Source of the DNA: Promethearchaeota archaeon
Lineage (GTDB): Archaea; Asgardarchaeota; Lokiarchaeia; Sigyniarchaeales; SOKP01
NCBI GenBank assembly: GCA_019058365.1
Contig: JAHPZE010000008.1
Span: 89,651 to 153,650, forward strand
Length of the DNA stretch: 64,000 bases
Direction of reading: 5' to 3'
The position numbers and the translations under genes are program-made. A model generated the notes under the pieces. That model saw nothing but the letters and a program-made list of their open reading frames with translations, had not been told where the DNA came from and made no database searches. Within the stretch, counting starts at the first letter, position 1. Each line of letters begins with the position of its first letter. Shown piece after piece: positions 10,057-19,808 of this stretch.

Positions 10057-10067
10057 TGTTATTGAAG
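10021..10067 (+). repeat. 47-bp direct repeat, right copy
   Basis: 46/47 identical to 4646-4692. Confidence 0.9.
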
Positions 10068-10282
10068 AATCATTCAAGGAAGTTAATCCTCACCCATATT
10101 AACTGTGAGAGTTTTTCCGATAAAAAATATTTTAAATTTATGAAATTCTCGTTTATTTTAGAAAATTACAAAAAATCGACTTTTGTAGGTTCGATGAAAC
10201 CTTTTCAAATTGATTTTTGAAAATTTCCAGTTAATTTTTGAAAGTTACACGTTATATTAATGTTTTATATAAAAAAGTAATT

Positions 10283-11941
10283 CTATTTTATTCTTGCATA
10301 AATTTCTCTATTCCTATCAAATTCTTTTACAATTTTTTTTCCTTCTTTATTAGATAATGATAAATTAATCTCTGCCTTTCGACTTAGGGAGCCAGTAAAA
10401 ATTTCCTCTTTACCAGAAAAAACAGCAATATTTTGACTGGCAAATTTTGGGCTTGCTCTTAAAATAACTTTATCTAGCATTATTTCAATATTAAGTTCAA
10501 TTCTTTCTTTATTACCTTTTACTTTCCCATATCTAGTTAGCTCCCTAAACTGTTCCGATTTATACTTTGATTCTTTTAGCTTTATGGGATTTACAACTAC
10601 ATCATTTCCAAAATTGTAAATCTCAAATTCTAAGCGATCATTTTTAAAATTTCTTACTTCTACCACAGGTCTTGCTAAATCTTTATCTCTGAAACCATAT
10701 GGGACCTTAACAGTCATTTTTAATACAAAAACTGTTGAAATATCTCCACCTTCAATGAAAATTATTGTATCTATAATTGATGGAAGCATTCCAAGCTCTA
10801 TTCGACCTATAAATCTTTGAATGGCATCTATTGCCGAAGATGAATGAACTACACCAACCATCCCTACTCCAGATAAGCGAAAATCGGAATAAATTTGAAA
10901 ATCTTTTGTTGTTCTAACTTCATCAAAAATGGTAAAATCGGGTCTTACAAGTAAAAGAATATCTGCAGAATTCTCAAGGTTGCCTTCTAGTTTAGTATAT
11001 TGAGTTATTTCTGGTTCTACTTGTAAATCTCTAACACTTTCAAGTGTTTTTATTACTTTCTCTTGTTTCAAATAGTAATTTGCTAATGCTGCTGAAAATG
11101 TTGATTTTCCCGCTCCTGGTGGACCTGCTACAAGTATTCCTTCCGCTTTATGCAATCTTTTTTGTAACCTACTATCAATTGAATAATCAGATAATTGTAA
11201 ACTTACTAGAGGTCGTGCTGCCGTAATTTCAACATCCTTCGAGAAAGGAGGGCGTGTAATAACTATCCTAAATTCTCTCATTTGTGCCACCACAGCACCT
11301 TCCTTTTCAATCTCAATAAATGAATGTTGATCTTCTCTAGTCACTTCTGCAATCTCCATTGCAATATCCTCTATCAACTTATTTGATATTGGTTCATCGC
11401 TGATTTTTTGTAATCGCCAACTTCCGGGAGAGCCTTTTTTAGCATAAGGAGGTATATTTTGTTTGAGATGGACACTCATCGTTTCCTCATCAAAATATTC
11501 TAATATCTTTAAAGATATAGGTAAGAGTTCTTCCTTTGATTTTTTTTCCCAAGCAAAAAGGACTTCTAATCCTTCAAATTCTCCGACATCTCCTTGTATT
11601 CTATCTGCGGTTATTAAAATAGCATTATTCTCTTTTGCATACTCTCTAATCAAAGCATCCAATTCTCCTCCTGGAGCCATTTTGATTTCTTCTCTGGAAG
11701 GGCGTTTACCTACGATGTGTAATATAATTTCGCCTTTATCATGTAGATTTCTTAATTCTTTTAGAACTCTTAAACCAAAAAATCCAATATCTTTATGAAT
11801 ATTAGTCCTATACTCGACTTCAGCAACAACTATGTTTGAAATAAAAATTTCTGGTTTTTCTCCTAACTCTCCATCCTCAATTAAGGTAAGAATTTGACCA
11901 TTAAAAATTACTGATGTATCACAAACAAATTTATCTGACAT
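10283..11941 (-). CDS. PINc/VapC-family ATPase (PINA/MJ1533-like)
   Basis: N-terminal PIN domain (VCDTSV, ELDALIR, ITAD), Walker A GPPGAGKST, RPDFTIFDEVR, GVGMVGVVH. Confidence 0.92.
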   Translation of the reverse strand: MSDKFVCDTSVIFNGQILTLIEDGELGEKPEIFISNIVVAEVEYRTNIHKDIGFFGLRVLKELRNLHDKGEIILHIVGKRPSREEIKMAPGGELDALIREYAKENNAILITADRIQGDVGEFEGLEVLFAWEKKSKEELLPISLKILEYFDEETMSVHLKQNIPPYAKKGSPGSWRLQKISDEPISNKLIEDIAMEIAEVTREDQHSFIEIEKEGAVVAQMREFRIVITRPPFSKDVEITAARPLVSLQLSDYSIDSRLQKRLHKAEGILVAGPPGAGKSTFSAALANYYLKQEKVIKTLESVRDLQVEPEITQYTKLEGNLENSADILLLVRPDFTIFDEVRTTKDFQIYSDFRLSGVGMVGVVHSSSAIDAIQRFIGRIELGMLPSIIDTIIFIEGGDISTVFVLKMTVKVPYGFRDKDLARPVVEVRNFKNDRLEFEIYNFGNDVVVNPIKLKESKYKSEQFRELTRYGKVKGNKERIELNIEIMLDKVILRASPKFASQNIAVFSGKEEIFTGSLSRKAEINLSLSNKEGKKIVKEFDRNREIYARIK

Positions 11942-12551
11942 TATCTAAATCGTCGTTATTGTCTTCTTTATTCAAAATTTGGAATTTTTTTACGCTATAA
12001 TAAATAGGTTTTGATAACCGATCAACTGTGGCAACTATTAAATCTTTCCGAGAGCTCATAGCAACTCTGGACATCTTATCCAGATCCCTTAGTTCAATTG
12101 GATTCCCTTCAAATACTGGAAAGATAAGAAATTTCGCCGAATCTTTTTCAAAATCAGCTCCTCTCTTATATACTCGAAAATCGATTCCATCGCCATAACC
12201 TGTACGGACAATATATCCCCTTTTTCTTAAATCGCTGTAGATTATATATTTATGCCACAATCTTTCATCAAATTGAGTAAAATAAGTTAATATATTTTCA
12301 AAATCATACAGCAACTTATTCTTATCATTACTTTCCCATAATAATATTCTATTCCTCTCAAATAAGAGTAATACCTCAATAGGATTAAGTGTTAAAATTT
12401 CCTGCCCCTTATTATCTATTTCAATGGTTCCTATAAATGAAGTGTGATGAAATTCTTCAATTCCCTTCTTATCAGTAATTATAACTTTATCTCCTTCAAT
12501 TATTCCCTCTAATTGAACCTTCTCAGTTTTCTCGGATAAATCCATTGTCAT
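11931..12551 (-). CDS. endA: tRNA splicing endonuclease subunit (probably structural/beta type)
   Basis: YSDLRKRGYIVRTG..GIDFRVY..G...SRVAMSSRK; no His at the catalytic position. Confidence 0.85.
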   Translation of the reverse strand: MTMDLSEKTEKVQLEGIIEGDKVIITDKKGIEEFHHTSFIGTIEIDNKGQEILTLNPIEVLLLFERNRILLWESNDKNKLLYDFENILTYFTQFDERLWHKYIIYSDLRKRGYIVRTGYGDGIDFRVYKRGADFEKDSAKFLIFPVFEGNPIELRDLDKMSRVAMSSRKDLIVATVDRLSKPIYYSVKKFQILNKEDNNDDLDNVR

Positions 12552-12688
12552 AAAACATTAATTATGAATTTATTATAATTAATGAATTTTTCCATGCCTT
12601 TTTCTCTATTTTAAATTTTAGATAATTAAAAATATCGAAAATTTGAGATAAATTCGTCTTTAGGTTCTATAAGTAAGAAATTCTAAAA

Positions 12689-14545
12689 TTAATCAATAAA
12701 AAGTGGAAGTGAGAAATAAAAAGTGCTTCCTTTATTTCTCCCTTTAGATTCCATCCAAATTTTCCCACCATGAGCTTCTACAATTCTTTTTGAAAGATAT
12801 AATCCTAAACCAGTTCCATCAATTCCTAAATCAAGTCCTTGACCATATCGTTCAATTTTTCCAAATTGTTTGAATAACCTTGCTTTTTCTTCCTCTGTAA
12901 AACCAATTCCGTTATCTTTTATTGAAACAATTACATAATCTTCTAAAATTTCAGTTCTTATATCTATCCACCCTTTTTTTGGAGTAAATTTTATAGCATT
13001 TATGAGTAAATTCGAAATTACATCATGAATTTCTTCTTTTTCAAATTTAGATATTATAGAATCGTGAATTTCAACATTAATTGAATGTTCTCTTTTCACA
13101 GCTAAAGGATGTAAATTCTCTACGCAGTAATTAATAAGAAACGATAAATCTTCTACTTCTAGTCTAGGCTTCAAATCTGGGGATTCTAATTTAGAAGTGT
13201 GTAAAAGATTATTAATTATAGCTTGCAATCGTTCACATCCTTTATCAATTTCTTCTAAATTTGAAATAATTTTAGGATTTAATTCTTTTGAATACAAGGT
13301 TAATATCAGATCCGTAAACCCTTTGATTGAAATCAATGGAGTCTTTAACTCATGAGAAGCTCTACTTAAAAATTCAGACTTTATTTTATTAATTTCTTTT
13401 AACTTTTGTTCCATTTGCTTAGACTCTGTAATATCTCGTACAATTGCCCAAATTCTATAAGGATCATCTTGTTCATCTGATAAAATCCAAAATCTAATAC
13501 TAACTGGCAATAAACTACCATCTTTTTGTATATATTCTTTCTCATAGACTTTATTTTCACCAACTGCTAAGTGAGTAAATAATATCTCATCTTCGATTTC
13601 ATACCATTTTGATGGCGTTATTTTGCGAATATTTAGAGTCAATAGTTCTTCCTTGGAATAACCAAGTATTTCTAGAAACGCTTTGTTAAATTCGATAAAA
13701 TTTCCTTCCATATCTGTTGAATAAATACCGTCAGTACTAGATTCAAATAAAGTACGATATTTACTTTCAGATTCTTGTATTTTTTTTTCATTTTTCTTTC
13801 GCTCAGTGATATCTCTCGAAATCATTATAGCTCCTTTTATTTTTTTATCCTCTATTAAAAATCTTCCTTTTGTTTCCACCCAAATGTAATGGCCATCTTT
13901 ATGTTTAATTCTAAATTCTTCCAGTAGCTCACCTTTAATCAATCCTTTTTTCATAACATTAGAGATTAGTTTAAGATCATTAGGATGGGCGAAATCTCTT
14001 GGCTTCCTTCCAATTACTTCTTCCTTTTTATAACCTAACACTGAGTAATATGCGTTTTCATTGATGAATATATGTTCAAAATCTTGGTTTAAAATTGCTA
14101 TTAAATCATTTGTATTATTCGCAATCAAGCTAAATTTTTCTTCGGTTTCTTTTAAATTTTGTTCTAGTATACATGTTTCAGTGACATTAGTCACAATTCC
14201 TTCTACAAACTCTTGGTCTCCTTCCTTAATTAGATGAGAATTTATTTGAATATAAAGAAGCATACCATTTGGGTTCCATATCTTTACAATAAAATCTTTA
14301 ACAGTTCCGTTCTTCTTTAATTCATTATAGTATTTTTGTTGAATTTCAGGATCAGAAAAAAATTGAGATGCTAAAGATCCAGTTAATTCAATTGATGGAT
14401 CCAATCCTAAGATTGTATTGAGAGCAATATTATGAATTAATAACTCTCCCATTAATTCCTCTTTAAAATATCCAATATTTAAACTATTTATAAATTCTTT
14501 GAATTGTTTATTGGAAATGTTGCCTTCTTTATTTTTTATATCCAA
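12689..14545 (-). CDS. Cytoplasmic multi-PAS sensor histidine kinase
   Basis: Three PAS/PAC units, H-box SHELKTPL, N-box NLLINAIKFT, DNGIG, GTGLGL. Confidence 0.93.
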   Translation of the reverse strand: MDIKNKEGNISNKQFKEFINSLNIGYFKEELMGELLIHNIALNTILGLDPSIELTGSLASQFFSDPEIQQKYYNELKKNGTVKDFIVKIWNPNGMLLYIQINSHLIKEGDQEFVEGIVTNVTETCILEQNLKETEEKFSLIANNTNDLIAILNQDFEHIFINENAYYSVLGYKKEEVIGRKPRDFAHPNDLKLISNVMKKGLIKGELLEEFRIKHKDGHYIWVETKGRFLIEDKKIKGAIMISRDITERKKNEKKIQESESKYRTLFESSTDGIYSTDMEGNFIEFNKAFLEILGYSKEELLTLNIRKITPSKWYEIEDEILFTHLAVGENKVYEKEYIQKDGSLLPVSIRFWILSDEQDDPYRIWAIVRDITESKQMEQKLKEINKIKSEFLSRASHELKTPLISIKGFTDLILTLYSKELNPKIISNLEEIDKGCERLQAIINNLLHTSKLESPDLKPRLEVEDLSFLINYCVENLHPLAVKREHSINVEIHDSIISKFEKEEIHDVISNLLINAIKFTPKKGWIDIRTEILEDYVIVSIKDNGIGFTEEEKARLFKQFGKIERYGQGLDLGIDGTGLGLYLSKRIVEAHGGKIWMESKGRNKGSTFYFSLPLFID

Positions 14546-14691
14546 AGATTACCATCTTTTTTGATTTTAGAGAGATTATCCTTAGCGAGAATGCTATTTT
14601 AATGTAATTAATAATAAATAAATGCAATATTAGTTTTTTAATTTGCTAATTTTAACATAGGTGTTTTAAAATATCAAAAATTTATATAAAT

Positions 14692-15261
14692 ATGAAAGAA
14701 ATGCTTGAAAAGCTTTTATTAAAATTAAGAGATGCAAAGAAAATTGTTTTTATGGGTATAGGAGAAGAAAAACTAAGTGATGATGCTATAGGTCCTTATA
14801 TAATTAGTGAACTTTTAAGTTATTCAAATGATAAATTTCTATTTATTAATGCTGGAATTGATCCAATGGGTAGAATTGATGAAGTTATAGATTTCCAAGC
14901 ATCCCATCTAATTCTTTTAGACACTTGTACTTTAAACAAACCTCCTGGCACTGTGGCTATATTTGAAAGAGAAAATTTTAAAGATTATGTTCCAATTTCA
15001 ACTCATACTATACCAATTCATATTGTTGTTGACTTATTATTAGAAAAATTACCCGATTTAACTGTTTTTATGATAGGAATCGTACCAGAGAGTCTTGAAG
15101 GTTTCTCTGAGCTAAATTTGTATAAAGAAGATAAAATTACACTTGAGGAGCGAAATGAAAATATCGATCTTCCCTTCTTTGAATTCAATCTTACATCTAC
15201 GATTCAGAAAGCAGCAAATCAGATTATCAATATCTTAAAAGAAATTATGAAGCAAATATAA
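14692..15261 (+). CDS. hycI: Hydrogenase maturation protease (HycI-like)
   Basis: MGIGE...DDAIG, ILLD, STHTIP, IGIVP. Confidence 0.8.
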   Translation: MKEMLEKLLLKLRDAKKIVFMGIGEEKLSDDAIGPYIISELLSYSNDKFLFINAGIDPMGRIDEVIDFQASHLILLDTCTLNKPPGTVAIFERENFKDYVPISTHTIPIHIVVDLLLEKLPDLTVFMIGIVPESLEGFSELNLYKEDKITLEERNENIDLPFFEFNLTSTIQKAANQIINILKEIMKQI

Positions 15262-15265
15262 AGCC

Positions 15266-15454
15266 TTAATCTTTCCCTTCTGAGATTTTTGAAATATAAT
15301 TAGTGATTATTTCAATAGTCTTGGATAAATTTTCCTGATCTCCAGAATTTAAATCTTCTTTAATTCTTTCTAAAAAAGAAACAACATTATCTGCTTCTCT
15401 TAGGATCCTAATATAATCAGATCCCTTTTTATTTAACGATCCTCCCCAAGCCAT
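15266..15454 (-). CDS. Small helical hypothetical protein
   Basis: 62-aa ATG ORF with amphipathic pattern, convergent with and abutting hycI. Confidence 0.65.
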   Translation of the reverse strand: MAWGGSLNKKGSDYIRILREADNVVSFLERIKEDLNSGDQENLSKTIEIITNYISKISEGKD

Positions 15455-15734
15455 TTCTCATTCAACAGTAAAATAAATTCATTATTAATTATATTATCAG
15501 AAAGCTTATGTTTAAAACTCATAGTTTTTCTAAGCAACGACAAAAATCTGCCCTATCTTCTGAGCAAATCAATAATATGCATTTTTAAATACTAGTTATG
15601 TGTAATTAATGCTAGAGGAAAAGACGTATAGAATTCTTTTTATTCAAAAAAAGTAGAAAAATAATTCGTTTCATAAGTCAGTGAAAAATTGAAGTTTAAC
15701 GTTAACTAAAAATTATATTTGAAAGTTATTTGAC

Positions 15735-16160
15735 ATGATTCAGGAATTAATGATTATTAATCAAGCAGGAATTGCTTTATTTTATCATAATTTCCTAAAT
15801 AATGATAAACTTGAAGACGAACAAACCCTCGCAAGCTACTTTGATATTATCTGCAAATTTACAAAACGAGAATTTAAAGAAAGCTTGAAATTCATAACGC
15901 TAGATCGTTCTATCTTTTTTTTCTACACTCACACATCTCAATATCATCTTGTACTTAAATGCGATAATGAAAATATTCATAAAAAACAGTTAGAAAAGTT
16001 TTCTGAAACGATACTTGAAAAATTCTTGAAAAATTATGAAGACATTCTAAAAGATTTTACAGGGGAGGTGTCGCATTTTAAATCTTTTTCTAAAGAAATT
16101 ATGAATATATTAGTTTCAAAATTTGAAAAATTTAAAGATTTATTAATTATAGAAAGATAA
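15735..16160 (+). CDS. Longin-like domain protein
   Basis: MIQELMIINQAGIALFYHNF start and F...Y...F.G....FKSF end, the pattern of Asgard longin/sigma-adaptin-like folds. Confidence 0.75.
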   Translation: MIQELMIINQAGIALFYHNFLNNDKLEDEQTLASYFDIICKFTKREFKESLKFITLDRSIFFFYTHTSQYHLVLKCDNENIHKKQLEKFSETILEKFLKNYEDILKDFTGEVSHFKSFSKEIMNILVSKFEKFKDLLIIER

Positions 16161-16338
16161 GTACACGAATCTTATAATTAGATGTGATTCTCTCAAGATC
16201 TTTTTTGATTTTTTTTATAACTCATTGAAAGGACCTTTTATAATAATGCTTAAAAATAAATTATAGCAAGAATTATTAAAATGAAAAGAAATCATATTTA
16301 AAAATTAATATTATTTAATTCAAAAAAAGTGAAATTTA

Positions 16339-17703
16339 ATGAGTTTAAAACGATTTGGTGATAAAGTCCAAAAAATTTTAGATAAAAATTTTCATAAGAT
16401 ATTTAATAATTCCCATTTCTTATACACTATAATTTTCTTAGTATCCTCCTTATTAATTAGTCTTTTAAGTCTTATTCCAAACCAAATTGTTGGGAATTTA
16501 ATATTATTTTTAGCCACAGTTTTGGCTATTACATTTATCCTATTAATGTTTGAAGGGTTAATTCCTCAATTAAACAAATATCTATTTGGCTCCGAAAAAA
16601 AATTTGATAAATGGAAGCTAATTTTTTTTATTATTAACTTTTTTATTAGTTTTTTTATAATACTCCCCTACTTTTTAATGGGGACGTCTACTAATTTAAC
16701 AATTCAATTTCTTGGATGGGATGTGATTCTTCCAGCTCTTTTTATAGTTATATATTTTGGATGGAATCTTGGTCAAATCTTTTTCTTAAGAAGAGGTTTT
16801 GATGATATTTCTGAAAAAATTGATGATAGAGTAATTGAAAAGTTTGGATCTTCGAAAAAAAAAGAATCAATCAATATTATTTTTCTGATTTTAGCCTTAA
16901 TCGTACCCATTTTAATTGAATTTGGCACTTTTTTTGGATTTTTACCAGAATATGCTCCAGGAGGAGATAGAACATTATTCATTGGATGCAGTTTAGTTAT
17001 ACTTCTACTCTTAATTATTACATCTTGGCGTTTAATTACATTATATCAGAGAAGTAGAAAAAATAATTCTACTACTTCATTTTCTTCTATGTTCTACATT
17101 TTGATATGGATTCTACTCTGGTTTAGATCTTTTAGCTTCTTCAACGCATTATTGAATGTAACTCAAGCATCTACAACACCTGATATTACTTCAGGACTAA
17201 TTGATATTTTACTCCTGGTTTTTACTGCAATAATGGTTCTAAGGGGTTTAGGCCAAAAAGTCTATGATTCTTTCTTATTTAATTCAAACAATATGCCCTT
17301 TTTCCTCTTCGCTTTTACTGTTTTATATATTGAGGGGCAAATTATAATGATTACAGGTGCAGGAACTTTGACAGGAATTTTCGCTAATAGAAATCAGATT
17401 AATTTAGTTAACAATTTCTTGAATATAATCCTAATAGTGATTTTTTATTGGTGGTACTCTGAACATTCTTTAGAGAGGAAAGGATTTCTCATTAAAAAAC
17501 AGTTTTATCCAGAAGAAGTAGCAGGAATATTAGATGATTTTAAAGAATTTTTGGTGAATAATAACGCTTTAGTTCCCGATAAAATTGGAGATGAAAAAAT
17601 GGAAGAATTCCTTCATTTGAAAAATATAGAAATTGAGAAACCAGAACCACCAGAAGAAAAACCTGAAATTGAAACAGAAAATAATCTAGTTAGTGATAAA
17701 TAA
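16339..17703 (+). CDS. Multi-pass membrane protein of unknown function
   Basis: ~10 hydrophobic segments, acidic C-terminal tail. Confidence 0.8.
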   Translation: MSLKRFGDKVQKILDKNFHKIFNNSHFLYTIIFLVSSLLISLLSLIPNQIVGNLILFLATVLAITFILLMFEGLIPQLNKYLFGSEKKFDKWKLIFFIINFFISFFIILPYFLMGTSTNLTIQFLGWDVILPALFIVIYFGWNLGQIFFLRRGFDDISEKIDDRVIEKFGSSKKKESINIIFLILALIVPILIEFGTFFGFLPEYAPGGDRTLFIGCSLVILLLLIITSWRLITLYQRSRKNNSTTSFSSMFYILIWILLWFRSFSFFNALLNVTQASTTPDITSGLIDILLLVFTAIMVLRGLGQKVYDSFLFNSNNMPFFLFAFTVLYIEGQIIMITGAGTLTGIFANRNQINLVNNFLNIILIVIFYWWYSEHSLERKGFLIKKQFYPEEVAGILDDFKEFLVNNNALVPDKIGDEKMEEFLHLKNIEIEKPEPPEEKPEIETENNLVSDK

Positions 17704-17767
17704 ACATTTTAAACTTCCGAACTAGATATTATAAGCCTTTTCTTAAAATATAAAAAAAAATAAAAAA

Positions 17768-17797
17768 AAGAGAAAAGAAAGCCGGCTTTTTTCTCTT
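17768..17797. terminator. Candidate bidirectional hairpin terminator
   Basis: Imperfect palindrome aagagaaaagaaagcc|ggcttttttctctt between convergent genes. Confidence 0.4.
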
Positions 17798-17837
17798 AAT
17801 AACCCCGTGATAAATACATTAACTATATACGATTTAT

Positions 17838-18092
17838 TTAAATTCCACCAGCTTGAGTAGCCATAACAGTAATTACATCTTTTTTTGGATGAATTCCTAT
17901 CTTTGCGAATTTTAGCTGGTCAGGGAGTACTTTCCCTTTAAAAATGAATTGTATGGCTAAAATTGGATTTAATTTATACTCTTGCTGTACAGTTTTTTTA
18001 ATTTCTGCAATTGAACTATTTGGATCTAGTTCTATCAATTTAATAGCTTGATCTGGAGGAACTCCCGTAAGTCTGAAACGATATTGAGTAAT
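17838..18092 (-). CDS. Ubiquitin-like protein with GG plus one extra residue (probable ATT start)
   Basis: FIFKGKVLPD resembles ubiquitin LIFAGKQLED; ends TQAGGI. The frame is open upstream of the TTG at 18038 (TQYRFRLTGVPPDQAIK) to an ATT at 18092 preceded by gggtgtga. Confidence 0.85.
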   Translation of the reverse strand: MTQYRFRLTGVPPDQAIKLIELDPNSSIAEIKKTVQQEYKLNPILAIQFIFKGKVLPDQLKFAKIGIHPKKDVITVMATQAGGI

Positions 18093-18248
18093 TGTTAATC
18101 ACACCCTTTTTATTATTTTTAAATTGATTTGAATTAGATATTAATTATACAACTAATAAAATAAGGATTATCGTTTAATTTTCCGAACTTCAGTTTAAAT
18201 AATACACTTTTAGCTCTTAATCTACTCTAAACAATTTTAGAAGATAAG

Positions 18249-18446
18249 TTAAAATCGAAAAGGTTCTGGAGGGGGTCCTGGTGGTCCTGGTGGTCCTGGA
18301 GGATGTATAGGGCCTGGTTTTGGTAATGGGGGTGATGGAAACCTGCCTATTCTGTTTTCTAAACTTGAAATCCTTTGTTCAATTTTATCTAACCTTTCTT
18401 CAATGGTTTTTATCCTATTTAATATATTGGGGTTTTCTATTGTCAT
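18249..18446 (-). CDS. Small coiled-coil plus proline/GPP-repeat protein
   Basis: Heptads IKTIEERLDKIEQRISSLENRI, then PSPPLPKPGP..PPGPPGPPGPPP. Confidence 0.75.
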   Translation of the reverse strand: MTIENPNILNRIKTIEERLDKIEQRISSLENRIGRFPSPPLPKPGPIHPPGPPGPPGPPPEPFRF

Positions 18447-18637
18447 TTGCTTATAATATTTTAATTATATTTTAATAATTTTCCAAGTTCTAACATTAAA
18501 TTTCTAATTTTTAAAATTTTACTTTATATTATTCTTAATATATACTAAATTTACATATATTTGTTTTTTCAACCTTTTTTAGTCTAAGTCCAGAAAAAAA
18601 GTATAAATTTTTATATTTTTATTTATACATTCTTATT

Positions 18638-19744
18638 ATGGAAACCTGGAATATATCCAAAAAGTTAAAGATTGAATTATTAAAAAAATCTGGCAACATC
18701 GAAGATAATAGTAGGAGAATATTATTTATTCTTAGAAATTTAGGTCCACAAAGATTTACAAATTTAGTGAAATATTCAAATTTAAGTAGATCAACCGTTT
18801 CTAAATATCTTACTTTTCATAGAAAAAATAAAAACATAGAGCAACGGTTAATTACCGATAAGGTAACAAACAAGCAATACAGAAGTTATGTAATTACTGA
18901 TAAAGGAATAGAAAAACTAGGGGAAGCACCCTTAAAATTAAAAGATGAAATATTTATTGTGAATGAATTAAAAGAAAACGTCAAGAAACTTGAGGATTTA
19001 ATAAATTTCTATAAAAAAATAAGCGTAGAAGATCCATTTATAATACATATTGTAAGAATTGTATCGAAAATTGGAGATAATTTTTTTGAATTACAGCAGG
19101 ATAAGGATTTATATTTATCACTATTTTATATATTTTATAACTCAATTCTGGGCCAAGGTGCATTAGCTAGAAAGTATTGGCATTTAGATGAGAAAAATAC
19201 TCAAAAATTTGCAGGATATAAAATTGACTTGGAACAATTCTGCATAATTCATAAAGTTTCAGAAGAAGCAATTAATTATCTTGCTAGAGTAAAACTAGTA
19301 AAAAATGAATTTGGTTTTTACTTAATTAAACGTGAACAAGATGATTTTTTCTTTCATGAAGAGGATTTACTGGGAACTACAACAATTAGACTCATAAAAG
19401 ATAAACTAATAGATGAAATTATTAATCTACAAGAAGGAATATATGATATGATATATGATCTTGACATTATGGCTGAAGAAATTGCTAATCAGTTAAAAGA
19501 AATGGGGCTAATATGGGAAGCAATTCAAGAACAATTTCAATTATTAGTATTAAATCTGATAATTAAGAATGCTATAGAAATGGGTTTTTTAGACATAGAA
19601 AGAGAGAAATTAATGGAAGGTGTTGCAAAATCAAAAAAATTATCTATGTCAATAGAGGGTAAAACATTACAGGAAGCAATTTTAAATAGTTCAAAGTTAG
19701 AATTAAATTTTAATATACTTACGTTAGCAACCAGAAATGAATAA
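18638..19744 (+). CDS. Winged-helix (MarR/ArsR-like) transcriptional regulator with large C-terminal domain
   Basis: RFTNLVKYSNLSRSTVSKYL HTH and Y.ITDKG wing. Confidence 0.78.
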   Translation: METWNISKKLKIELLKKSGNIEDNSRRILFILRNLGPQRFTNLVKYSNLSRSTVSKYLTFHRKNKNIEQRLITDKVTNKQYRSYVITDKGIEKLGEAPLKLKDEIFIVNELKENVKKLEDLINFYKKISVEDPFIIHIVRIVSKIGDNFFELQQDKDLYLSLFYIFYNSILGQGALARKYWHLDEKNTQKFAGYKIDLEQFCIIHKVSEEAINYLARVKLVKNEFGFYLIKREQDDFFFHEEDLLGTTTIRLIKDKLIDEIINLQEGIYDMIYDLDIMAEEIANQLKEMGLIWEAIQEQFQLLVLNLIIKNAIEMGFLDIEREKLMEGVAKSKKLSMSIEGKTLQEAILNSSKLELNFNILTLATRNE

Positions 19745-19808
19745 AATTCTGATATTTTATATATGTTTAACTCATGAAAATTACTCAATATTCTTCTTTT
19801 TAAACTTA

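Noticed and set aside
9547-10077. 176-aa minus-strand ORF
   Set aside because: It is antisense to two recognisable plus-strand genes and has no motifs.
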